A DNA stretch of 64,000 bases from Mobula hypostoma. Taxonomy: Eukaryota. A program made the position numbers and the translations under genes. How positions within the stretch are numbered: position 1 is the first letter of the stretch; every line of letters starts with the position of its first letter. The notes under the pieces were generated by a model that searched no databases, was not told the origin of the DNA, and saw nothing but the letters and a program-made list of their open reading frames with translations. The DNA lies in assembly GCF_963921235.1 (NCBI RefSeq), contig NC_086097.1:198898001-198962000 (forward strand). Direction: 5' to 3'. Positions 11,991 to 23,570 of this stretch are shown piece after piece.

Positions 11991-13236
11991 CAGCGATTCC
12001 CAACCACCGGGCCGCGGACCGGTACTGGGCCGCAAAGCATGAGCTACCGGGCCGCGAGGAAATTATATGATTTGGCGTTATGAGTCAGCTGCATCTTTCC
12101 TCATTCCCTGTCACACACTGTTGAGCTTGAACACACACGAGGTCTTTACCCGCGCGTCATCCATGTCAGTGCGGGAAGGAGATCAACTCCTCAAGCTTGC
12201 AAATGATGGCGGACTGAAAAGTATGTTTCACGTAACATCTCTGCCGGCATTCTGGATCAAAGTCAAGGCTCAATATCCTGAGATAGCCATGAAAGCACTG
12301 AAAATGTTGCTTCCGTTTCCAGCATATCTCTGAGAAGCGGAGTTTTCTGCAATGAATGCAACGAAAACTAAATTGCGGAATAGACTGGACACAAGGAACC
12401 CCCTTCGAGTATCGCTGTCTCCCATCACCCCTCGATGGCACCGTCTTGTTGCAGGGAAACAAGCCCAGGGCTCCCAATGATTCAGGGATACTGATGTGTT
12501 GCAATGATTTTATATGTTCATACGGGGAAAATATATGCTGTGTGTTTAATATCCAAATGTTACTTAAAATGTTATGATGCTATTGACTTATATAACCATA
12601 TAATAGTTACAGCACGGAAACAGGCCATCTCTGCCCTTCTAGTCTGTGCCAAACGCTACTCTCACCTTGTCCCACCGACCTGCACTCAGCCCATAACCCT
12701 CCATTCCTTTCCTATCCATACACCTATCCAATTTTTCTTTAAATGATAATATCGAACCTGCCTCTACCACTTCTACTGGAAGTTCGTTCAACACTTACTT
12801 CAAGCTCCCCTGTCCTCCCCTGATAATTGACTTATCACTATATTCATGCGAGGAAAATATGCGCTGTGTGTTTAATATTAAATTCGTTAGATAAACCCTT
12901 TTAGAAACAAAATTGAGTGTATTAGCCATTTATCACCTATATTCCGGTCGTGATTAACACCCCCCGCCGGTATAGAATCGCCAAAAAGGATTTGTAGAAA
13001 AAAAAATCGGCACATACACGCATGCGCAAGTGACACATGCACACTGGTGCCCGCGCAAGGCTACATGGTCATTTTAGTCTTTCTTGGGGTAAACTCAACA
13101 TATTTGACTGCTACTCTTGTCCGTTGGTAACCCTACCACCCCACCCTCCACCCCCCCCCACCCCGTGTTGGCCGGTCTGCAAGAATATTGTCAATAACAA
13201 ACCGATCCGCGTTGCAATAAAGATTGGGGACCCCTG
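11991..13236 (+). mobile_element. Non-autonomous hAT (Charlie3/MER1-like) transposon, copy 1
   Basis: Ends CAGCGATTCCCAACC and GATTGGGGACCCCTG. 8-bp TSD CTCTACAC at 11983-11990 and 13237-13244. Transposase C-terminal remnant LPAFWIKVKAQYPEIA…LLPF…GKQAQGS. Confidence 0.9.
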
Positions 13237-15362
13237 CTCTACACTATCCACAACACCTCCAACCTTTGTGTCATCAGAAAACTTACTAACCCATCCCTCC
13301 ATTCCTCACCCAGTTCATTTATAAAAATCACGAAGAGAAGGGGTCCCAGAACAGATCCCTGGGGCACACCACTGGTCACCGACCTCCATGCAGAATATGA
13401 CCCGTCTACAACCACACTTTGCCTTCTGTGGGCAAGCCAGTTCTGGATCCACAAAGCAATGTCCCCTTGGATCCCATGCCTTCTTACTTTCTCAATAAGC
13501 CTTGCATGGGGTACCTTATCAAATGCCTTGCTGAAATCCATATACACTACATCTACTGCTCTTCCTTCATCAATGTGTTTAGTCACATCATCAAAAAATT
13601 CAATCAAGATCGTAAGGCATGGCTGCCCTTGACAAAGCCATGCTGGCTATTCCTAATCATGTTTACCTCTCCAAATGTTCATAAATCCTGCCTCTTAGGA
13701 TCTTCTCCATCAATTTACCAACCACTGAAGTAAGACTCACTGGTCTATAATTTCCTGGGCTATCTCTACTCCCTTTCTTGAATAAGGGAACAACATCCGC
13801 AACCCTCCAATCCTCTGGAACCTCTCCTGAACCCATTGATGATGCAAAGATCATCGTCAGAGGATCAGCAATCTCCTCCCTTGATTCCCATAGTAGCCTG
13901 GGGAATATCTCATCTGGTCCCGGCGACTTATCCAATTTGATGCTTTCCAAAAGCTCCAGCACATCCTCTTTCTTAATATCTACATGCTCAAGCTTTTCAG
14001 TCTGCTGCAAGTCATCACTACAATCACCAAGATCCTTGTCCATGGTGAATACTGAAGTAAATTATTCATTAAGTATCTCTGCTATTTCCTCCGGTTCCAT
14101 ACACACTTTCCCACTGTCACACTTGATAGGTCCTATTCTTTCACGTCTTATCCTCTTTCACTTCACATACTTGCAGAATGCCTTGGGTTTTCTTTAATCC
14201 TGCCTCCCAAGACCTTCTCATGGCCCCTTCTGGCTCTCCTAATTTCCTTCTAAAGCTCCTTCCTGCTAGTCTTATAATCTTCTAGATCGCGAACATCACC
14301 TAGCTCTCTGAACCTTTCGTCAGCTTGACTAGATTTACTACAGTCTTTGTACACCATGGTTCCTGTACCCTACCATAATTTCCCTGTCTCATTGGAACTC
14401 CACACAAATATCCCCTGAACTCATGGGGAACAGGGTCTTGCCCTTCACACTGGGGTCATCCGTTTCCGAGAAGTGTCGACTCAGAACAGATCTGGTGAAC
14501 CAGGCATCCATGAGGTGCTGTGGACCATCATCTTTAGCAGGATCCATGGTTCAATATAAACTGAATGGCATGCTGGGAGCAGTAGTGCTTTATCTATTCT
14601 CTTAAAGCTGCAACACAGGAATTCATAATACTAAACAGTAGAAGGAAATATGCACTGGCGGGGCCCAAGAGCTGTGTGCAAAAGCAAAGCTGAAGCAATT
14701 GTCACTGGTTCAGCCCAAAGTGTCAAGCAGGTGATTGACCTCTTTCTTCCTGAGATCCCCGCTGTGGTGGAAGCCAGTCTTTACCAAATTGATTCACTCC
14801 ACATGGTATCAAGAAACTGCTGAGAGCGCTGAATTCAGCAGAGGCTATGGGACCAGACAACATCGCAGCTGTAGTACTGAAGGCCTTGCTTCACAACTGA
14901 TACTGTTGCAGCTAAACTGCCATATTCCAACACAGGCAGACACCTGGCAGTGTTCAAAATTGTTCATCTTATCCTGTTCACAAAAAGAAAGACAAATCCA
15001 ATTTGGATACTTACAAACTCACTCATGAGCACATGACCAATTAAATGCTTTTTCTAACTTGTCTGTTCCTACCTCTCTCCAATGCTATTATAAAGGAGAT
15101 AGAATTCCTGTCCCTGAGCCATCCAAGTCTCTGTAATGGCCACCACATCATAGCTCCAAGTACTCATCCATGCTCTAAGCTCATCTGCTTTGTTCATAAT
15201 ACTCCCTGCATTAAAATAGACACATCTCAAACCGTCGGTCTGAGCGCGTCCCTTCTTTATCACCTGTCTATCCTCCCTCACACACTGTCTCCAAGCTTTC
15301 TCTATTTGGGAGCCAACCTCCTCTTCCCTGGTCTCTTCAGTTTGGTTCCCAACCCCCAACAA

Positions 15363-16592
15363 TTAGACAATAGACAATAGACAATAGGTGCAGGAGTAGG
15401 CCATTTGGCCCTTCAAGCCAGCACCGCCATTCACTGTGATCATGGCTGATCATCCACAATCAGTATCCAGTTCCTGCCTTATCCCCATTACCTTTGATTC
15501 TGCTATCTTTAAGAGCCTTATCCATCTCTTTTTTGAAAGCATCCAGAGACTTGGCCTCCACAGCCTTCTGGGGCAGAGCATTCCATATATCCACCACTCT
15601 CTGGGTGAACAAGTCTTTCCTCAACTCCGTTCTAAATGGCCTACCCCTAATTCTTAAACTGTGGCCTCTGGTTCTGGACTCACCCATCAGCGGGAACATA
15701 CTCCCTGCCTGCAGCGTGCCCAATCCCTTAATAATCTTATATGTTTCAATAAGATCCCCTCTCAGCCTTCTAAATTCCAGAGTATACAAGCCCAGTTGCT
15801 CCAATCTTTTGACATATGACAGTCCGGCCATCCCGGGAATTAACCTTGTGAACCTACGCTGCACTTCCTCAATAGCAAGAATGTCCTTCCTCAAATTTGG
15901 AGACCAAAACTGCACACAGTACTCCAGGTGTGGTCTCACCAGGGCCCTGTACAGCTGCAGAAGGACCTCTTTACTCAATTCCCCTTGTTATGAAGGCCAG
16001 CATACCATTAGCTTTCTTCACTGCCTGCTGTACTTGCATGCTTGCTTTCATTGACTGATGTACAAGAACACCTAGATCTCGTTGTGCTTCCCCTTTTCCT
16101 AAATTGACTCCATTTAGATAATAATCTGCCTTCCCGTTCTTACCACCAAAGTGGATAACCTCACCTTTATCCAGATTAAACTGCATCTGCCATGCATCTG
16201 CCCACTCACCCAGCCTGTCCAAGTCACCCTGCATTCTCATAACATCCTCCTCACATTACACACTGCCACCCAGCTTTGTGTCACCGGCAAATTTGCTAAT
16301 GTTAGTTTTAATTCCCTCATCTAAATCATTAATATATATTGTAAACAGCTGCGGTCCCAGCACTGAACCCTGCGGTACCCCACTGGCCACCACCTGCCAT
16401 TCCGAATGGGACTCGTTAATCGCTACTCTTTGTTTTCTGTCAGCCAGCCAATTTTCAATCCTTGTCAGTACTCTGCCCCCAATACCATGTGCCCTAATTT
16501 TGCCCACTAATCTCCTATGTGGGACTTTATCAAAGGCTTTCTGAAAGTCCAGGTACACTACATCCACTGGCTCTCCCTTGTCCATTTTCATA
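15363..16592 (-). mobile_element. CR1 LINE, 5'-truncated, nested in the larger CR1
   Basis: RT ORFs 15460-16591 ([29 protein letters not shown]); (TAGACAA)n tail at about 15363-15385. Confidence 0.9.
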
Positions 16593-18501
16593 GTTCTAGT
16601 TTAAACTCTCACCAGTAGCCTTAGTAAACCTCCCCGCCAGGATATTGGTCCCCCTGGGATTCAAGTGCAACCCTTCCTTTTTGTATAGGTCACACCTGCC
16701 CCAAAAGATCCAGAAACCTGAATCCCTTCCACCTGCTCCAATCCCTCAGCCACGCATTTATCCTCCACCTCATTCTATTCCTATACTCACTGTCACATGG
16801 TATAGGCAGTAATCCTGAGTAATCTTTGCGGTCCTGCTTCTCAATCTCCTTCCTAATTCCCTGTAGTCTTTTTTCAGGAGCTCTTCCCTTTTCCTACTTA
16901 TGTCGTTGGTACCAATATGTATCGCGACCTCTGGCTGTTCTCCCTCCCACTGCAGGATATCATGGACGCGATCTGAAACATCCTGGACCCTGGCACCCGG
17001 GAAGCAAATTACTGTCCGTGTTTCTTTCCTGCGTCCACAGAATCGCCTGTCTGACCCCCTAATTATAGAGTCCCCTATCACTACTGCCTTCCTCTTCCTT
17101 TCCCTACCCTTCTGAGCCATAGAGCCGGACTGTTGCTTCCCCCAAGTAGGCTGTACCCCCCAACAGTACTCAAACAGGAGTACTTATTGTTCAGGGGGAC
17201 AGTCACAGAGGTGTTCTCTAGTACCTGACTCTTCCCTTTCCCTCTCCTGACTGTTACCCACTTGTCTGTCTCCTGTGGCCCCGGTGTGACCACCTGCCTA
17301 TAACTCCTTTCTATCACCTCCTCACTTTCCCTGACCAGATGAAGGTCATCGAGCTGCAACTCCAGTTCCCTGACGCGGTCTCTTAGAAGCTACAGCCCGA
17401 CACACAGGGTGCAGATATGGCCATCCGGGAAGCTGGGAGACTCCAGGGCCTCCCACATCTGACACCAATTCATTGAAAGTGGTGGCACAGGGAGATAGAT
17501 TTGTAAAGGAGGCTCTTAGCACTATGGCCTTCATAAATCAAAGTTATGTTGAAGTTGTATAAGGCATTGGTGAAGTCTAATTTGGAGAATTATGAGCAAT
17601 TTATGTCATGTACCTACAGGAAAGATGTTAATAAGGTTGAAAGAGTACAGAGAAATTTTACAGGACTGGAGGACCAGGGTTTTCAGGAAAGATTGAATAG
17701 GGTAGGACTTTATTCTTTAGAACATAGAAAATTGAGGGGAGATTTGATAGAAGTATACAAAATTATGAGGAGTACAGAAAGGGTAAATGCAAGCAGTCTT
17801 TTTCCAGTGATGTCAGGTGGGACTAGAACTAGAGGTCATGGGTTAAGGGTGAAAGGTGAAAAGTATTATGTTTTGTCATTTCAAAACATTAAATTAATTT
17901 ATGGAAGATGCAGGAAGTTCGAAATGTGGGTCTAGCTTTGTCTTATACTTTTTAGTGATGCTCACATGTATTACGTGCTAGCGTGATGACATATGCAATA
18001 TTAAATACACAATACTTCTCCTTGCTTTGTTATAAACTCCAATTCAATAAGAGAATGCATCTCAACTATATACACAGCAGATTATATAATCTAACTACTA
18101 TACACAGACATTCACAGCATAGAAAAATTTTAAATTGTCCCATTCAGGCCTAAATAGTTAATTGCTGTGGAGGATTTCTTACTCTTCTTACAGCTTTCCT
18201 AACAAGAGGAATCACTCTGCTTGGCAGGTGAGACTTGTGGCTGTGAAAACAATCTCAGTTTCAGGGGCCTCCTCTGTGGTGGATGTAGGAGTTGATTCTG
18301 AGACTGCAGGAAGTGGTTCTGACAAGACTGGACACCTTACTTCTCCATTTCTTCCCTCTTCCTCCTTCTTCTAGTTTATGCACCTCGGTCTTGGGAGGCT
18401 GCATTTAATTTACTGGAAAATTCTCTTATTAATTCTTCTATTGCTCCCCTCATGATCTGATCCCTCTTGGTTTCCTCATCAATAACATCATCTGATAAAT
18501 C

Positions 18502-18896
18502 TGCAGAAATGAGAAAATCTGCAGGTGCTGGAAATTCAAGCAACACACACAAAATGCTGGTGGAATGCAGCAGACCAGGCAGCATCTATAGGAAGAAGTA
18601 CAGTCGACGTTTCGGGTCGAGACCCTTCGTCAGGACTAACAGAAAAAAGAGAGAGTAAGAGATTTGAAAGTAGGAGGGGGAGGGGGAGACCCGAAATGAT
18701 AGGAGAAGACAGGAGGGGGAAGGATGAAGCCAGGAGCTGGAAAGTTGATTGGCAAAAGGGATACAAGGCTGGAGAAGAGGGAGTATCATGGGACGGAAGG
18801 CCTTGGAAAAAAGGGGGAGGGGAGCACCAGAGGAAGATGGAGAACAGGCAAAGAGTTATTGTGAGAGGGAAAAAGAGAGAGAGAGAGAGAAAAAAA

Positions 18897-18927
<31 letters not shown>

Positions 18928-19346
18928 ATTAGTGATGGGGCCCCTCCTCCCCTTCTTACCCCATCCCTAATTTATTTATTTATTTATTTATTTATATTTT
19001 TTCTCTCTCTCTCTTTTTCCCTCTCACAATAACTCTTTGCCTGTTCTCCATCTTTCTCTGGTGCTCCCCTCCCCCTTTTTTCCAAGGCCTTCCGTCCCAT
19101 GATACTCCCTCTTCTCTAGCCTTGTATCCCTTTTGCCAATCAACTTTCCAGCTCCTGGCTTCATCCTTCCCCCTCCTGTCTTCTCCTATCATTTCAGGTC
19201 TCCCACTCCCCCTCCTACTTTCAAATCTCTTACTCTCTCTTTTTTCTGTTAGTCCTGACGAAGGGTCTCGACCCGAAACATCGACTGTACTTCTTGCTGT
19301 AGATGCTGCCTGGCCTGCTGTGTTCCACCAGCATTTTGTGTGTGTT
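18502..19346. mobile_element. PLE-derived fold-back element with two hammerhead-like cores
   Basis: Inverted arms of about 380 bp (about 18542-18920 and 18970-19346). TSD ATCTGAT(A/G)AATC at 18490-18501 and 19347-19358; (AAAT)n tracts inside. Confidence 0.9.
18601..18640 (-). ncRNA. Putative minimal hammerhead ribozyme (best-preserved copy)
   Basis: Minus strand reads UAGUC-CUGACGA-A-GGGU CUCG ACCC-GAAA-CGUC-GACUG: both core boxes, a 4-bp helix II, helix I AGUC/GACU, and a palindromic ACGU in place of helix III. Activity untested. Confidence 0.65.
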
Positions 19347-20089
19347 ATCTGATGAATCCTCTGTTTTTGTATCCCCATTGGCTCCTTTCTTTTTGGCCTC
19401 CTATTCATCCAGTTGGGCTTTGGTCTTTGCATCCACTTTTACGAGCAGTTTTTTGTCTCCCACTTGAAGTTCAGGCAATAAATTTAATAGATGCAGAGTA
19501 GATTCTAGTTCTTCATACCCACAAATGCTGAATGCATGAAACTTTCCTGAAGCTTCTTGAACTCTCTTCCAGCATAAAACATAGCTAAATTTTGCAAGTA
19601 ACTGCCTGATTAAGCTTTCTCAGATACATTGCCTACAAAAACTGTAGTAGTCAGACCACTGCTTTTGTCACTTTCATAGTTTCTCTGAGCAATATGGTCC
19701 TTCCTTGGTCCAATATGCTTCCCAGCCAGAGGCACAGAGATTGACACCCACACCTGTTTGTCCTCTGTTGGACAACAGTTCATGGTGTTTGGCATAGATT
19801 CAATTGTGGCATCATCCAGTACTTTTTTAGTTTGTTTTCAGTTGACTTTATTACAGTGGATGTGGCATGTGAATTGAGGATGGATCTCCAATCAAGCTGT
19901 GGTTGTCTTAGCCAATCATGCACCCACAATGCTGGTCCTTCTGTTTTTACCACATACAAGCTCAATTTAGCTTGTTAGTTGTTATATTTCACTACTGTGA
20001 ATGTCATTCCCATGGGAGTTATCTTTTCTCCAGTTTAAGTTCTCAGTTGGAAATCTGCAGGCTTCAATTTAATATCTTTGAAATCTGAA

Positions 20090-21385
20090 ATCTTTGCAAG
20101 GACCTGGTCCCATTGCAATTTGCCAATCACCACAATAAGTCAATGGCAGACGCCATCTCCATGGCTCTCTACACGGCTTTAGACCACCTAGACAACACAA
20201 ACACCTATGTTAGGATGCTGTTCATTGACCTTAGCTCAGCATTTAATACCATCGTTCCCACAATCCTGATTAAGAAGTTGCAGAACCTGGGCCTCTGTAC
20301 CTCCCTCTGCAATTGGATCCTCGACTTTCTAACCGGAAGACCACAGTCTGTATGGATTGGTATTAACATATCCTCCTCGCTGACAATCAACACTGGTGCA
20401 CCTCAGGGGTGTGTGCTTAGCCCACCGCTCTACTCTCTGTATACACATGACTATGTGGATAGGCGTAGCTCAAATACCACCTACAAATTTGCGGACAATA
20501 CAACCATTGTTGGTAGAATCTCAGGTGGTGACGAGAGCGCGTAGAGGAGTGAGGTATGCCAGCTAGTTGAAAGGTGCCGCATCAACAACCTGGCACTCAA
20601 CAGCAGTAAGATGAAAGAGTTGATTGTGGACTTCAGGAAGGATAAGACGAAGGAACATATACCAATCCTCATAGAAGGATCAGAGAGTGAGCAGCTTCAA
20701 GTTCTTGGTCGTCAAGATCTCTGAGGATCTAACCTGGTCCCAACATGTCGATGTAGTCATAAAGAAGGCAAGACAGCAGCTATACTTTATAAGGAATTTA
20801 AAGAGATTTGGCATGTCAACAAATACACTCAAAAACTTCTATAGTTGTACCGTGGAGAGCATTCTGACAGGCTGCATCAGCGTCTGGTATGGAGGGGCCA
20901 TTGCACAAGACTGAAAGAAGCTGCAGGAGGTTGTAAATCTAGTCAGCTCCATCTTGGGCACTAGCCTACAAAGTACCCAGGACATCTTCAGGGAGTGGTG
21001 TCTTAGAAAGGCAGTGTCCATTATTAAGGGCCTCCAGCACCCAGGGCATGCCCTTTTCTCACTGTTACCATCAGGTAGGAGATACAGAAGCCTGAAGGCA
21101 CACACTCAGTGATTCAGGAACAGCTTCTTCCCCTCTGCCATCCGATTCTTAAATGGACATTGAAGCTTTGGACACTACCTCACATTTTTAATATACAGTA
21201 TTTCTGTTTTTTGCACATTAAAAAAAACCTATTATGTACATAATTTATTTATTTATTCATGTTTTATTTATTTATTAGTATTATTATTACTCTGTCTGCT
21301 AGATTATGTATTGCATTGAATTGCTGCTGCTAAGTTAACAAATTTAATGTCACATGCCGGTGATAATAAACCTGATTCTGATTCT
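20090..21385 (+). mobile_element. Rex1/Babar LINE, 5'-truncated, inserted in the Gypsy protease region
   Basis: ORFs [26 protein letters not shown] and KARQQLYF; AATAAA followed by an (ATTCTG)n tail. Confidence 0.9.
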
Positions 21386-23570
21386 GTTTTAACTCATTTC
21401 GTGGAATTACTGAAACAGCCAAACCAGTATCCAATTCCATTTTAATTACTTCTGGTGTATTTGCCGTTCACTTCTGGTGTAAGCCATATTGTCTGTCTCC
21501 TTTTCCAAATTGTAAATCTCAAGGGTACCCTATCCTGTTTCAGTCTCATCATTATCAGATTTTTCATCAGTCTCATCATTATCAGATTTTTCATCAATAA
21601 CATGTGGATTGGTACTCTTTTTAAAACTGTAACTTGGCCTTCTAACTTTTTCTCTTCCCAGAGCAGTCCTTTATTTTTGTCAGCCCAACATGCTCTTTGA
21701 ATTTGTCCTACTTGGTTGCATTTTCTGCAAGTTTCGCTTTTAAATCTGCATTTGTTTGCTGTATGTGAACCCCTGCCACAATGGTAACACAGTTTGTATG
21801 TTTATCCAGGCTGGTTTCTGTTTAGATGCTGCAATTTCATCCACGCTCACTTTCATTTCTGACTGCAACTCAATTGTGTCTCCGTTTGCAGTTTCCATTG
21901 AAAAAAGAATTTCAATTGCTCATTTGAATGTTCACTGTGCTTCAGCTAGGAGCTGTTTTTGAATGCTTTCTTGTGAGACTCCACCAACAATCTCTTAGTA
22001 CATTATTAAGCCCACTACCAGACTGACAATGCTCAGACAAACGCTTCAATCCAGCCACGTACACTGAAATGGACTCCCCTTCATTTTGATTCCACTTATG
22101 AAACCTAAAGCATTCTGTAATCAACAATGGCTCTGGTTCGAAGTGTTCCTGCATCATGGACAATTTCAGCAAAGATAATATCTAATGCTTTAGTTGGAGC
22201 AGTTAAACTTCAAAGCAAACTGTATGCCTTTAAACCTAATGCGCGTAGCAAAATTGACATTAGGTTCTTGTTGCAATTGCTTCAAAATACTGTTCCAGTA
22301 GTTCAGTATACATGAGCCAATTACCTGTTGTGTTATCAAACTCGTCAATCGTTCCAATGATCCATCCAATTCTGCTTTTTTAATGATTATTATCACCCAG
22401 TCCTCACTCTTTATGAACACTGAAATTGTCCATTAGTGGCCTTTTAAAAAAAACTCGATTGTGTATCCCTTCCGAAGAATATGTGCTGGCTGCTTTTGTT
22501 TCAAACTCGATTGTCTCTCCATGTGCTGGGCTGTTTTATATTCGACCATTCCTTGTATGTTTTTTTTTAGTTTGAATCCCTCGCTGCACTTCAACAGGTT
22601 GATAGCCATCTGGGGTTCATTTTAAAAATACTTCGTCACCAGTGTTATGTTATGTAACTTCAAAACATTAAACTAATTCAAGGAAGATACGGGTAGCCTG
22701 AAATGCAAGTGTAGCTTCATCTTTTACTTTAAGCGACTTTCACACATTGCACTTGGTAGCGTGATGATGTATGCAATTAATGTAATTTTACATATAACCC
22801 ATAATTAATTATTTAAATCAACAGGAATGCTTAATCAACCAATATTTATGAAAGATTACTCAAATATTATTGAAATATTAAATACACAACAAAATGTTTA
22901 AGGGGAACATGAGGGGAAACTTTATCATTCAAAGGGTCTTGAGAGTGAGGAATGAGCTGGTAGTGCAAGTGGTGCATACGAACTCGATTTCAAAGTTTAA
23001 GAGAAATTTAGACAGGTACATGGATGGTGGGGGAGGGGTGGTATGGAGGACTATTATCCAGGTTCAGGTCCATGGGACTGGACAGTTTAAATAGTTTGGC
23101 ATGGACTAGATGGGCCAAAGGGCCTGTTTCTGTGCAGTGCTTTTCTATAACTGTATAAGGCTGTTCTCAGATTACACACATCTGATTTATGGACAACTAT
23201 ATATATGAATGACCTCCCATAATATTTCTAAATTCAGAAGTATGATAAACATACTTGAAGGAATTGGTGAAAAACGTTACCAAGATGAATCCACCTATGT
23301 TTCCTTATTGCCTGAAATAAATTTACAACAAAATTTACTATCTTAATATGCTGATATGCTGTATACTAAAATAAATGTTCTTAAATCCTTGAGCAGATCA
23401 TTTCAAAGATACATCAATGAAGGGAAAAACTAGGATAATCTGAAATGAAGTAAACATTTAATGTGTCGATTGACAACATTGCATCACAGTCTTTAGTAAT
23501 CCTTTCTTGTTCAACTTATTTGGCAGAAGACCCTTTTAAATTGGGTGAAACATGTCGAATGCAAATGTTG

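Larger units (their letters stand above)
11113..17465 (-). mobile_element. Near full-length decayed CR1 LINE hosting nested insertions
   Basis: ORF1 SGNH esterase (VVIGDSIIRG…FPGARV…HIGTND, 16770-17120), APE start (15069-15362), RT (13239-14043, 11311-12003) and TTTCTATG tail at about 11113. Interrupted by a hAT element, Rex1-like fragments (about 14420-15035) and another CR1. Confidence 0.85.
18343..19755 (-). pseudogene. RBM25: Processed fragment of RBM25 (RRM region), disrupted and split by a PLE insertion
   Basis: Translation after removing 18502-19346: GKHIGPRKDH…SGLTTTVFVGNVSEKA/LIRQLLAKFSYVLCWKRVQEASGKFHAFSICGYEELESTLHLLNLLPELQVGDKKLLVKVDAKTKAQLDE*EAKKKG…DEETKRDQIMRGAIEELIREFSSKLNAASQ. 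This is colinear with vertebrate RBM25, has no introns, and carries a frameshift and stop codons. Confidence 0.85.
17864..22891 (-). mobile_element. Gypsy LTR retrotransposon, non-autonomous, with pol core replaced by host mRNA sequence
   Basis: Homologous LTRs at 22643-22891 and 17864-18014 (the latter internally deleted). PBS TGGTGACGAAG at 22631-22641, purine tract next to the 3' LTR, imperfect TSD AAAAG/AAATG. Remnants of gag (EHFEPEPLLITECFRFHK; zinc knuckle about 21690-21790), protease (MELDTG near 21420-21440; GPALWVHDWL) and the pol C-terminal tail (about 18150-18340). Confidence 0.8.
17470..23150 (+). mobile_element. CR1 3' fragment split by a Gypsy insertion (pieces about 17470-17863 and 22892-23150)
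   Basis: …RTRGHGLRVKGE stops at 17863 and resumes as MFKGNMRGNF at 22894. Confidence 0.8.

Noticed and set aside
18525..19432. Mirror-image 124-146 aa ORFs (also near 23463, 25407 and 52882) as a novel protein family
   Set aside because: They are translations of the non-coding PLE terminus and recur only because the repeat recurs.
18343..19755. Functional RBM25 gene
   Set aside because: Partial and intronless, with a frameshift after SEKA, in-frame stops, and an 845-bp insertion.
21540..21597. 27-bp tandem duplication
   Set aside because: A simple local duplication in decayed Gypsy gag-protease linker sequence with no sign of function.
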